NCBI GenBank assembly: GCA_002724735.1
Contig: PBPT01000082.1
Span: 41,016-105,015 of the forward strand
DNA: 64,000 nt
Direction: 5' to 3'
Source: Fidelibacterota bacterium
Lineage (GTDB): Bacteria > Fidelibacterota > Marinisomatia > Marinisomatales > TCS55
Shown: in pieces, positions 38,720 to 47,261 of the stretch
Position numbering within the stretch: the first letter of the stretch is position 1
Layout of the letters: each line of letters opens with the position of its first letter
Notes under the pieces: generated by a model
What the model was told of the DNA's origin: nothing
The model's input: only the letters and a program-made list of their open reading frames with translations
The model's database searches: none
Position numbers and translations under genes: made by a program

Positions 38720-39049
38720 TTATACAATATCCACATAACTTAAAACAGCATCAACTGAATTACTTTTATTTGACTGTAATAACAATGTATTGTTAGGAGC
38801 CAAGATTAATTTTTCAGCAGGGCCTAATGGTTTAAGTGTAGACTTTGGTGGTACTAATACATCTTTTAAGTAATAACCCTCACTACTTGCATCATCACCA
38901 ATTAAAACGCTTACGCTTACTGCACCAGTAGTAGTATTTGCAAGACTTATACCAATTATAGTCGAACGTGTACTAGCATTAGTTTCTATTGCTACTATCT
39001 TCATTGTTCCTATGTCTTTTACTACTTTATTTTTAAACGTTGTTGCCAT
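38720..39049 (-). CDS. Small fibre-adjacent protein (paralog family 105/109/121 aa)
   Basis: 109 aa. ..LKDVLVPPKSTLKPLGPAEKLILAPNNTLLL.. aligns with ..LHDLNLPAKETFTFDSEKIVLDQGDKIVL.. of the 121-aa copy. Confidence 0.5.
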   Translation of the reverse strand: MATTFKNKVVKDIGTMKIVAIETNASTRSTIIGISLANTTTGAVSVSVLIGDDASSEGYYLKDVLVPPKSTLKPLGPAEKLILAPNNTLLLQSNKSNSVDAVLSYVDIV

Positions 39050-39053
39050 TATA

Positions 39054-40520
39054 TTATCCTAAACTTATGACCAATTCTAATGCAATATTTTCAGCATCAC
39101 CTAATGATATACCTGCACCTGCACCTGCAACTGAACTCCAGCTACCGTCATAAACTTCAACTCTTGATTCTGCTGTATTATATCTTACCATTCCGATTTC
39201 AGGTGCTCCAGGCCTTTGTCCTGATGTACCTACTGGTAAAACAAATCCGCCTGTACCTCCAAATTTTACATATCCTGTGCCTGTTTGTAAGAATTCAGTT
39301 ACACCGCCATTTGTTAAATTTGTAATTGTGTTGTCTTTAATTGCAAGTGTACCATCAAATACAACACTACCTGTTCCATTAGCATCTAGATTTAAATCTG
39401 TATTAGTTGCGGAAGTACTAACTGTAGAACCATCTATAGTAATATCATCTACTACAACTTTAGGAGCATTTAATCTAGTGCTGTTAATATCAACTACTGT
39501 GCTTCCTGACACATTAAATCTAATAGTATTATCATTTGCACCTGGTGTTAATTCAGCTGTAATATTTGTATTTCCGTCTAAATCTTGAACACCGTTTAAT
39601 ATAATCCAATTAGAGCCGTTATATCCTTCAAAATTGTTATTATCTGTGTTGTATCTTATTTTTCCTACAGCAGGAGTAGGTCTTTGTGCAGTGGTGCCTG
39701 AAGGAATCTTAAAGGATCCTGTACCTGTAATGTTAATGTTTCCGCTACCTGGTGCAAAGGTTAAATCTGTTGTGCTTGATATAGTTGAATCTTTAAAAGT
39801 AAGATCATCTATTACTACGCTACCTGTTCCGTTTGCTCTAAGTTCTAAATCAGCATTTGATACACTTGTTTGTATTACACTTCCTGCAATATTTACATCG
39901 CCTATATTTGCTTGATTTGATTGAACATCATTTACATATGCATTATTCCATTTCTTTGTGCTTGAACCTATATTATATGTATTAGTAGCATCAGGAATAA
40001 TATTACTAGCAATATCAGCATTGAAAGTTACATTATCTGTATCTGCATCACCAATTGTAATATTGCCATTAGCTGTGATATTACCTGTAGCTGTAATATT
40101 GCCTTGTACGTTAGTATCTCCTATTATTTCTACAGTACCTACACCATTAGGAACAAACTCTATGTTTGCGTTAGACTCATTAGTAGATATAATATTATCT
40201 CTTATATCAATCGAATCTATTGTTAATCTCTTGTTGTAAACAACATTATCAGCTGTACCTAATACAAGAGTAGGACTCGTAGAGCTAATAGTATTGCCAT
40301 TAAATTGCACTGTGCCAATACTGCTTGCACCGCTTACGTTAATTGTTGGAGCTCTTGTAGTTCCGCCTACATCTAGATCGTACTGAGGGTTTGCGTTGTT
40401 TATTCCTACGCGGCTGTTATTTACATCTAAGTAAAGTAAATTCGTCTCAAAAGCTAAGTTAACCCCATTTCTAAGTAGGTTAGCTTTTAAGAGCGGACCA
40501 CTTATGCGACCAATAGCCAT
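39054..40520 (-). CDS. Tail fibre protein (paralog of 40658..42127)
   Basis: 488 aa. N-terminus MAIGRISGPLLKANLLRNGVNLAFE..LYLDVNNSRVGINN parallels MSQLGRIGGGVLKDNLLRDGSNLNFK..IHLDVVNGRVGINT. Contains two copies of the G(T/S)(T/S)(A/G)QRP....G..RYNT....E.Y.G..W motif. Confidence 0.65.
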   Translation of the reverse strand: MAIGRISGPLLKANLLRNGVNLAFETNLLYLDVNNSRVGINNANPQYDLDVGGTTRAPTINVSGASSIGTVQFNGNTISSTSPTLVLGTADNVVYNKRLTIDSIDIRDNIISTNESNANIEFVPNGVGTVEIIGDTNVQGNITATGNITANGNITIGDADTDNVTFNADIASNIIPDATNTYNIGSSTKKWNNAYVNDVQSNQANIGDVNIAGSVIQTSVSNADLELRANGTGSVVIDDLTFKDSTISSTTDLTFAPGSGNINITGTGSFKIPSGTTAQRPTPAVGKIRYNTDNNNFEGYNGSNWIILNGVQDLDGNTNITAELTPGANDNTIRFNVSGSTVVDINSTRLNAPKVVVDDITIDGSTVSTSATNTDLNLDANGTGSVVFDGTLAIKDNTITNLTNGGVTEFLQTGTGYVKFGGTGGFVLPVGTSGQRPGAPEIGMVRYNTAESRVEVYDGSWSSVAGAGAGISLGDAENIALELVISLG

Positions 40521-40635
40521 CTCTTCTCCTCAATACGGGGATCCTGTCCCTCTAGCCTAGTTTTCATCCTTTCGGCTCTTTGCCGGCTAACCACAGTTTG
40601 ACCCTGCAAGTATTGGTCATACGTTGCATTAATAG

Positions 40636-40643
40636 TATTTAGC
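40636..40643 (-). promoter_or_regulatory. Late-type promoter box (GCTAAATA) followed by ~115-nt G+C-richer leader
   Basis: Plus-strand tatttagc. The leader 40521..40635 contains hairpins (GGC-AAAGA-GCC, GGGA-CAGGA-UCCC) and shares a motif with the leader at 44491..44577. Confidence 0.4.
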
Positions 40644-40657
40644 GATTTTCTGGATAA

Positions 40658-42127
40658 TTAGCCTAGTATTATAGTATATTGTAAAGAAAGTTCATTCATA
40701 TACTCTTCTGATACAGTACCGCCTTGTCCTGCAGATAAAACATATTGTACACCATCCCAGCTTTCTAATGTACTAGTATCTGTATTCCATCGTGTGTCTC
40801 CTATAGCAGGATTTGGAATTCTGTTTGCAGTTGTACCGTATGGTATCACCATACCTCCAGTACCACCTGATTTGAAGTAGCCTTGTCCAGTAGGTATAAA
40901 TTCTAAAGCGCCATTGGTTGTATTGGTAATATTTCCTTGCTCAAATTTTATACTGTCTATTACAACACTTCCTGTTCCGTTAGGAGTAAAATTTAAATTT
41001 GTGTTACCACTATCTGTTGTAATAGTATTAGCATTTGCACTTACACTATCTACTAGCAAGCCTGTCAAATTAATACCTTGAGAATCTATAGAGCCAGATG
41101 CAATGTTATTTGCCCTAAATAAAATTGTATCGTTTGTCGGGTGAGCAGTAACATTTGTAGCCGCATCATCAGAATATACACCCCCAAAAGAAACATAACC
41201 TGTGGGAGCTCTACCTTCATACAATCCTGTATCTGTATTATATCTTAAACCTCCTGCATTAGTTGGTCTTTGAGCACTTGTGCCTGCAGGAAGGAGTACT
41301 GCTGTAGTAGAATTAAAAATAAGTTCTCCTGCTGTTACAACATCAATGTCTGTTGCACTAGAAGATATAGTGTCATTAAGCACATCAACTGAATCTAATC
41401 TAACTTTTCTGCTAGCGTCTGTATGATTTAAAGTTAAATTTCCATCAGTTTGATTTATTTTAATTACATTTGTATCTATAGTTAAACTAGCTGATGATAA
41501 TGAAGCAGAATTAAGTACATTAGTATGTGTTTGATTCCAATACTTTGTTGTAGAACCAAGCTCTGATACATCGTTGACATCTGGTAGTAAATGACTGTTG
41601 ACATCACTTTGAAATGTAATAGAGTCATCATCACTATCACCTAAAGTTAAATCTCCTCCAAATGTGATGTTTCCGGTAGAATGTAAATTGCCTGTAATAT
41701 TCCAATCTGAATATATTTCAACAGATCCTGTGCCGCTAGGATCTAGTATTATATTTTCGTTCGATTGGTTAGAACGTATACTGTTAAAATTAATAGTAAG
41801 ATTGTCAGTTTGCAATCCTGCAAGAAAAATATTGTTAGTAGCATCTAAATTAATATCGCCACTATTTTGATAAATTCTATTTGTGTCAATAGTAAAATTT
41901 TGTATATTTAAGTAATCAGCATTAACGCCAGTTGTTCTAATAGCACTTGGTACATCTAATGCATATGTTGCCGCAGGTGATTCTGTATTAATACCTACTC
42001 TGCCGTTAACAACATCAAGATGAATTAATGCTGTAGAACCGCTTGTATTTTTAAAATTTAAATTTGATCCGTCACGTAAAAGATTGTCTTTTAGTACTCC
42101 GCCACCGATTCTACCTAATTGAGACAC
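40658..42127 (-). CDS. Tail fibre protein (paralog of 39054..40520)
   Basis: 489 aa with a GTG start (cac at 42125..42127). GGAG SD and a perfect late box upstream. Contains LPAGTSAQRPTNAGGLRYNTDTGLYEG and IPYGTTANRIPNPAIGDTRWNTDTSTLESW. Confidence 0.65.
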   Translation of the reverse strand: MSQLGRIGGGVLKDNLLRDGSNLNFKNTSGSTALIHLDVVNGRVGINTESPAATYALDVPSAIRTTGVNADYLNIQNFTIDTNRIYQNSGDINLDATNNIFLAGLQTDNLTINFNSIRSNQSNENIILDPSGTGSVEIYSDWNITGNLHSTGNITFGGDLTLGDSDDDSITFQSDVNSHLLPDVNDVSELGSTTKYWNQTHTNVLNSASLSSASLTIDTNVIKINQTDGNLTLNHTDASRKVRLDSVDVLNDTISSSATDIDVVTAGELIFNSTTAVLLPAGTSAQRPTNAGGLRYNTDTGLYEGRAPTGYVSFGGVYSDDAATNVTAHPTNDTILFRANNIASGSIDSQGINLTGLLVDSVSANANTITTDSGNTNLNFTPNGTGSVVIDSIKFEQGNITNTTNGALEFIPTGQGYFKSGGTGGMVIPYGTTANRIPNPAIGDTRWNTDTSTLESWDGVQYVLSAGQGGTVSEEYMNELSLQYTIILG

Positions 42128-42144
42128 GTATTTCTCCTATACTG

Positions 42145-42152
42145 TATTTATA
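42145..42152 (-). promoter_or_regulatory. T4-type late promoter, perfect TATAAATA
   Basis: Minus strand reads CCTATAAATACAGTATAGGAGAAATACGTG: the box, then 8 nt, then GGAG, then the GTG start. Confidence 0.6.
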
Positions 42153-42156
42153 GGAT

Positions 42157-42678
42157 CTACTTGTCGAAATTGTGTAGTACTGTTACTGGTTTACCTGCGG
42201 GTACTGGAGTACCAAATACTATATACCATCCTGCGGCATAAGGTGTATTTGGGCCTGAAGAAGGATTTTGTACTAAAGTGTAGTTAGTTGTTGCAACTTG
42301 CAAAACATTTTCAACAAGTACAAGCACACTTGCGGCACTTGCTGGTACAGGATAATCTGTATCTCCTGAATTAAGTACGCCAAATGTTGTTTCTGTGCCG
42401 TCTCCTGTGCCTAAGTTTTGTTGGACTATTCCAACTGGGTTGGGTTCGTTATATCTTAGATTCTTCCATGCACCATTTTCATAAACTTCAAACTCATTGT
42501 TGTCTGTGTTGTATCTTAATTGTCCGTTAGCAGATGAGCTTGGACGTTGTGCAGTAGTTCCTATAGGAACCACTAACGCCGCTGTACCATCAATTACGCC
42601 TAGTCCAGCTGTGCTAAATTTAACACTTGCACCTTGTAGGTTTCTGGTATTCAGAGTTTGTTGCTTCAAAAAACGCAT
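42157..42678 (-). CDS. Short fibre-like protein carrying one QRP motif
   Basis: 173 aa. VPIGTTAQRPSSSANGQLRYNTDNNEFEVYENGAWKNL. Confidence 0.5.
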   Translation of the reverse strand: MRFLKQQTLNTRNLQGASVKFSTAGLGVIDGTAALVVPIGTTAQRPSSSANGQLRYNTDNNEFEVYENGAWKNLRYNEPNPVGIVQQNLGTGDGTETTFGVLNSGDTDYPVPASAASVLVLVENVLQVATTNYTLVQNPSSGPNTPYAAGWYIVFGTPVPAGKPVTVLHNFDK

Positions 42679-42679
42679 A

Positions 42680-43045
42680 TTAGACTTCCAAAAAGCTTAC
42701 TGTAGCAGATAAAGTTGTTAAACCTGATCCTGCATCTGGGCTACCAATAAGAACAATTTTGTCTCCTTGATCTAAAACTATTTTTTCAGAATCAAATGTA
42801 AATGTTTCTTTTGCTGGTAGGTTCAAATCATGCAAAACTCTAGTTACTGCATTTGATAAAGCAGAACCTGACTTAACTAAATGCATATCTACAGTAGCGG
42901 CTGTAGTTGTACTATTATTACAAATTAAAATATTTGTAATTGCATAAGTTTTTCCAGTAGGTACAGCACCTGCTGGCGATCCTACGCCTGTTGGATCTAA
43001 TATCTCTGTATTTGTTGTTTTTACTTGTGCTGATATAATTGCCAT
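42680..43045 (-). CDS. Small fibre-adjacent protein (paralog family 105/109/121 aa)
   Basis: 121 aa, directly downstream of the 320-aa fibre-like gene. Confidence 0.5.
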   Translation of the reverse strand: MAIISAQVKTTNTEILDPTGVGSPAGAVPTGKTYAITNILICNNSTTTAATVDMHLVKSGSALSNAVTRVLHDLNLPAKETFTFDSEKIVLDQGDKIVLIGSPDAGSGLTTLSATVSFLEV

Positions 43046-43053
43046 GTCTTTTC

Positions 43054-44016
43054 CTAAAATAGCATACTAAAAAGTATGCTTCTATTTTTACTTATCAGTT
43101 CGTCTCTAGTACCTTGTGCGTTAACGAAAAATACTCCGGACTTACCGTGCGATTGTGTCTGCATATATAACATATTACCGTCTGCAGGTTGCGTTGGTAC
43201 AGATACTGCTTGCCTTACATGCAAAGTATCATCGACTTGCACTACACCAGTACCTGGAGAACTTATTACTAAGTCAGTGTTACTTACTGTAGTTTCAAGG
43301 ATAGAACCTACAATCCTAACTTCAGGAAGTTCTAATCTATCTTCAAACAGTCTTGTATTAATATTGCCATCAATTGAAAAGTTTACAACACTAGGTTGGC
43401 CAGTTACGTCTGTATCTGCAATAGCTATAGCAGTTTGTGTTCCTACATTACCTTGACCAATTGTTGAAATATTAACAGTACCAAATGCATTAGTAATTGC
43501 ATCATCTACATATTTTTTATTTGTAAGGTCGTCGTCATCTGTAACTTGTAATTCATAATTATTTGTACCTGTTACACTTACTGTACCTGTACCAGAATTA
43601 ATTAAGTATAAATCTCCGCCGCCTGTATTAATATTATTTGTTCTTATACCTATTAGTGCATTATTTGCATCTTTAAATACAAATCCGCCTGTCTTAGTGG
43701 TATCAGTTACAGGATCAGACCATGTTATATTTTCATTAAATGTAAACAACACATTAGTAAATGTGCCACGATCCATTTCTAAACCAGAATCATCAAGAGT
43801 TATTCCTGCTCCTGTTTCTCCTTTGTTTAACGTAATAATATTATCTTTAACATCTAAGTTTTGAGACGTGACAGTAGTAGAAGATCCTTGCACAGTTAAA
43901 TTTCCTGTGACAATTACTTCTCCTACCTGATTACCTGTATCAAGAGTTATAGTCCCACTGTCTTGGACAGCAAGACTATAATTTCCTGTTGGTATACTTA
44001 CATATTTCCCGGCCAT
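43054..44016 (-). CDS. Tail-fibre-like structural protein
   Basis: 320 aa, T/G/N/V-rich. Contains LTNKKYVDDAITNAF. Confidence 0.5.
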   Translation of the reverse strand: MAGKYVSIPTGNYSLAVQDSGTITLDTGNQVGEVIVTGNLTVQGSSTTVTSQNLDVKDNIITLNKGETGAGITLDDSGLEMDRGTFTNVLFTFNENITWSDPVTDTTKTGGFVFKDANNALIGIRTNNINTGGGDLYLINSGTGTVSVTGTNNYELQVTDDDDLTNKKYVDDAITNAFGTVNISTIGQGNVGTQTAIAIADTDVTGQPSVVNFSIDGNINTRLFEDRLELPEVRIVGSILETTVSNTDLVISSPGTGVVQVDDTLHVRQAVSVPTQPADGNMLYMQTQSHGKSGVFFVNAQGTRDELISKNRSILFSMLF

Positions 44017-44040
44017 TAATAATAATCCCTATTATTAATA

Positions 44041-44490
44041 CTATGCGTCTTCAGTGAAATCTGTATCGTCAGTACCTGCCTTAGTATCATCATCACCAGC
44101 TTCTTCAACTTGAACAGCACCGTCTGCTCCTGCAACCGTAAAGTTCCAAGAAATACTAGTACCGTCTAGTGCGTTTGAACCAGTAGCAGATGGTTGCTTT
44201 ACAGTAACTTTTCTGCCTGCGATTTTTGATACACCATATGTTTCATCGTCATCACCTTTAACAGAAATAGTCATTTCTGTACCAGTTAATGCGGCTGGTA
44301 ATTTACCAGTTACAAGTGTGCGATCATAGCTACCGCCGTCTTCTGTTGCACGTACTCTAAACTTCTTGCTACCAAGTTGTTTTACAATATGCCCTTCAAC
44401 GACTGCTGATCCATCATGAAAGTTAACTTTTATTTCATTTCCGGAAGCTGTTGGCGTTCCAAAAAATGTTTTGTTTAGTGGTCTTCCCAT
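44041..44490 (-). CDS. Hypothetical virion protein with acidic C-terminal tail
   Basis: 149 aa with its own late-type box, an ~87-nt leader and an AAGGAG SD. The C-terminus is ..EEAGDDDTKAGTDDTDFTEDA. Confidence 0.5.
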   Translation of the reverse strand: MGRPLNKTFFGTPTASGNEIKVNFHDGSAVVEGHIVKQLGSKKFRVRATEDGGSYDRTLVTGKLPAALTGTEMTISVKGDDDETYGVSKIAGRKVTVKQPSATGSNALDGTSISWNFTVAGADGAVQVEEAGDDDTKAGTDDTDFTEDA

Positions 44491-44577
44491 TTGTTTTCTC
44501 CTTAATAAGTTGACGTTCTAGGTCTACGGGGTTGGATCCCCATAAGTCCTCATCTAGAGGCTCTCCTCTTGACATAG

Positions 44578-44585
44578 TATTTATC
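44578..44585 (-). promoter_or_regulatory. Late-type promoter box (GATAAATA) for 44041..44490
   Basis: Plus-strand tatttatc, just downstream (minus sense) of the terminator at 44595..44623. Confidence 0.4.
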
Positions 44586-44594
44586 ATTAGATAC

Positions 44595-44623
44595 AAAAGA
44601 AAAAGGCCCGCTTGAGGCGAGCC
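44595..44623 (-). terminator. Intrinsic terminator ending the candidate ncRNA
   Basis: Minus strand GGCUCGC-CUCAA-GCGGGCC (7 bp, one G-U pair) followed by UUUUUCUUUU. Confidence 0.65.
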
Positions 44624-44848
44624 TTTTAAGATAAGCAAAGTAGGGAGGACTCGGTTATACCTCCAACCCCTCGACCGAGATGCCATTCTCAAATCCAGGG
44701 AACCTATTTCCGCTCGGTAGAGCGATGTGACTCAGCGTATTTCTACTACCAAGCCTGGGTACCACCCCTAAACAGTCAAGTTCGACGCTCTGGTAAACGC
44801 CTCTTCCTTGCACTACAAACATCGACTAGCTAAGTCTTTGTTGCTTAT
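44596..44848 (-). ncRNA. Candidate ~250-nt structured RNA with its own sigma70 promoter and terminator
   Basis: Visibly richer in G+C than its flanks. The predicted 5' end AUAAGCAACAAAG (44848..44836) pairs with CUUUGCUUAU (44640..44631) immediately before the terminator. Internal interleaved helices CUCGGU/ACCGAG and GGAGG/CCUCC suggest a pseudoknot. The only ORF is a 55-aa frame without an SD. Confidence 0.4.
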
Positions 44849-44854
44849 GTTACT

Positions 44855-44882
44855 AATATAACATCTTTATAATAAATGTCAA
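44855..44882 (-). promoter_or_regulatory. Sigma70-type promoter TTGACA-N16-TATATT
   Basis: Plus-strand tgtcaa at 44877..44882 and aatata at 44855..44860. It lies right after the MCP terminator and points into the non-coding region. Confidence 0.55.
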
Positions 44883-44903
44883 CCTCTTTTTTAAAAAAAA
44901 GTC

Positions 44904-44935
44904 AAAAAAATAGGTCCTATAAAAGGACCTATTTT
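44904..44935 (-). terminator. Intrinsic terminator downstream of the major capsid protein gene
   Basis: Minus strand UAGGUCC-loop-GGACCUA followed by a U7 tract. Begins about 25 nt after the MCP stop. Confidence 0.7.
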
Positions 44936-44960
44936 AATCTCGTATATTACGACAGTAATA

Positions 44961-46136
44961 TTAGCTAAAGCTAACGTTACCAGAAGTAATAGCTACTGCG
45001 CCGAGGTAATCAGCCGCGTTACCAAGAGACGAAGCAGTATTTGATAATTCAATATACCCGTATCTTGTCATAAAGCTAACTGTTGGCTCAAATGTGGACG
45101 GATCCAACACAACGCCTGAGCTCATTAGCGGAATATATGGGCAATAGAATGCTGCCGCATCAGACTCGCTTGCGCCTTTATAACCAACAAGTACGTTAGC
45201 ATTGTCAGCCGCATATGTGTTTACATATACTTTCATAGCGTTGTTTAAAGTACCAACCATCTTAGTGTTAGTTGGAGCTTCGAATGAACCTTCAGTTGTT
45301 CTTGCGAACGCTGAAGTAGTTGCACTTTGTAGAATTGTAAGTGCAAATGGACTTACAACAGCCCAGTTACCTGCGCCTCTACGTGTACGCTGAGCGATTT
45401 GGTTTGACACTCTGTTGATTTGAACAGCTAATGCCGCATGCTCATCACCAACGAAAGTAGCAGTACCAGATACCGCCGCTTGGTCATATGTTTGACCAGC
45501 TGAACCTGCAAGAGTATTCAAGCTAGCAATAACCTCTTGGTCAATTTCAGCGGTAATTTCTTGTGCAAGAGCAGCCATAATTTCTGCTTCTACATCAATA
45601 CCGTGCATTGACTGAGCGTCTTGAGCCGCTTCAAAAGTCCAGCGAGCTGATAGCTTTCTGGTTTTTGCTTCGACTGTTTGCTTCAAGATTTGGATTGATA
45701 GCTTGCTTCCACCAGCGCCTTCAAGCGTTGATGTATTATCAGCTTTGCCTGTTGTAGCATTACCGGAATAAGCTTCCGCAATCTTGAATGGTGAAAGTGC
45801 TTCTTCACCTGCTGTAGCACCGGACGCACCTGAGCCTACAGTTTCTGCGTATCTTACACGCAATGTGTGGATTTGACCCACTGGACCAGTCATCGGTTGA
45901 ACACCAACAAGTTCGTTAGCAATAACGGTTGGCATTACACGTCTGATGACGGGTAAGATAACTCTGTTAAGAGTTGCGACATTACCGGCGGATGTTGTAC
46001 CTGCAACAGCTGTCTCAGACAAATACTTGCGAGTATTTTCTAAGGTAGCACCCATTACAGCTTTCTTATTGCCTTGTAGGCCTTCCAAAAGTGCAGTTTT
46101 GGTATCCTGCCAGCGACTTTCTAATAGTTCTGACAT
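44961..46136 (-). CDS. gp23: Major capsid protein (T4 gp23-like)
   Basis: 391 aa. NRVILPVIRRVMPTVIANELVGVQPMTGPVGQIHTLRVRY matches T4 gp23 ..MVRRAIPNLIAFDICGVQPMNSPTGQVFALRAVY. TVEAKTRKLSARWTFEAAQDAQSMHGIDVEAEI matches VIEAKSRQLKAAYSIELAQDLRAVHGMDADAEL. Confidence 0.9.
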   Translation of the reverse strand: MSELLESRWQDTKTALLEGLQGNKKAVMGATLENTRKYLSETAVAGTTSAGNVATLNRVILPVIRRVMPTVIANELVGVQPMTGPVGQIHTLRVRYAETVGSGASGATAGEEALSPFKIAEAYSGNATTGKADNTSTLEGAGGSKLSIQILKQTVEAKTRKLSARWTFEAAQDAQSMHGIDVEAEIMAALAQEITAEIDQEVIASLNTLAGSAGQTYDQAAVSGTATFVGDEHAALAVQINRVSNQIAQRTRRGAGNWAVVSPFALTILQSATTSAFARTTEGSFEAPTNTKMVGTLNNAMKVYVNTYAADNANVLVGYKGASESDAAAFYCPYIPLMSSGVVLDPSTFEPTVSFMTRYGYIELSNTASSLGNAADYLGAVAITSGNVSFS

Positions 46137-46146
46137 AATTATCTCC

Positions 46147-47247
46147 TTAATTTAATCCAGCCAAACGTTTAATGTCAATAACATTGTTATTTACATCTGC
46201 TTGCTGTTGTGAACTAACGTTAGTTTCTTCTCTGTTGCCTGTGATTTCTGTGCCTTCTGTAAGTACTGCCTTCTTAGCTGGAGTATTACCGTCGATAACC
46301 GCTGGTAGATACTTATCAAACTGAGACTTTAGTCTATTAGTCTGAACTGATTCCAGTAAATCAATCATAATTTCTTGTTGATCTTTAGCCAAAGGCTTAA
46401 TCAACTCGTTAATTACTTCTTTTCTTTGCGTTGACTCAACAATCTTCTGTTTTTCAGTAGCTGTTGCTTCTGCAATTTCTTTCGCTTTCTTTGCAAACTC
46501 CTTAGCTTCTGCAAGTTGCTTATTTTTCATGTCTACAACTTTTAGAAGTTTTGCAGTTTCTGATTTTTCGTTAAGGTAACTAGTACCATACTCAGATGCA
46601 AAGCTTTCGAAAATCTTACGACCGAAGTCGTTTTTACGTGCAGTGTCAATATCTTCTTTAAGCTGACTAATCTCTGACTTAAGAGCTTTTTCAACTGTTT
46701 CGGATACTGCTTTTGCACCTCTTTCGACAAAGTCAGCTTTGACTTTAGCGAAGTGTTTTTTAGCTTCACGTACTAAACGTACTTTTGTTTCAGCTAAATC
46801 TTTTTTGTCTTCTTGGAATTCGGATATTTCTTTAGCCAAGGCTTCTACAACAAATTCTTCTAACTTAGCAATATTTTCTGCTTGTAGTTTTTTATCTGTA
46901 TGTAGGTCTTTGATTTCAGTAGCTAATTGCTCAGCAACAAAACCTTTGAGTAAGTCTGCATTTTTACGCTGTGCTACAGCAAATTTTGCTTTTGCTTCAG
47001 CTAATTGCTTGCGATCTTCTGCAAACTCTGCAATCTCAGCTTGAAGACGCTCAGAAAGCATGTTATCAATGGCATCAACCATTGTATTTTTATCATGCTC
47101 GTACTTTTGTGCAAATTCTTCACGTAATTCAGCAGTTACCTGCATTTTATTTTCTTGAATTTTTGCATTCCATGCTTCTTCAATCTCAGCCTTAATTTCG
47201 GATGATACCACGTCATTTTCAAAAAGTGTTTTTAGTGCATCTATCAT
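46147..47247 (-). CDS. gp22: Prohead scaffold protein (gp22 position)
   Basis: 366 aa, E/K/A-rich with predicted coiled coil. Lies between the gp21-like and gp23-like genes. Confidence 0.65.
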   Translation of the reverse strand: MIDALKTLFENDVVSSEIKAEIEEAWNAKIQENKMQVTAELREEFAQKYEHDKNTMVDAIDNMLSERLQAEIAEFAEDRKQLAEAKAKFAVAQRKNADLLKGFVAEQLATEIKDLHTDKKLQAENIAKLEEFVVEALAKEISEFQEDKKDLAETKVRLVREAKKHFAKVKADFVERGAKAVSETVEKALKSEISQLKEDIDTARKNDFGRKIFESFASEYGTSYLNEKSETAKLLKVVDMKNKQLAEAKEFAKKAKEIAEATATEKQKIVESTQRKEVINELIKPLAKDQQEIMIDLLESVQTNRLKSQFDKYLPAVIDGNTPAKKAVLTEGTEITGNREETNVSSQQQADVNNNVIDIKRLAGLN

Positions 47248-47261
47248 ACCATTCTCCTAGT

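Noticed and set aside
44435-44692. 85-aa ORF in the ORF track
   Set aside because: It spans an intrinsic terminator and a late promoter box, overlaps the start of the 149-aa gene, has no SD, and has an odd composition. It is most likely a by-product of the G+C-rich non-coding RNA region.
44596-44848. tRNA, tmRNA or RNase P RNA identity for the structured RNA candidate (and for 58804..59137)
   Set aside because: No cloverleaf with a GTTCGAATC-type T-loop and no CCA-proximal acceptor. The conserved RNase P blocks are also missing (GGAAAGUCCGG, ACAGAACCCGGCUUA). Only a loose resemblance was seen (GGGAAAGGUC).
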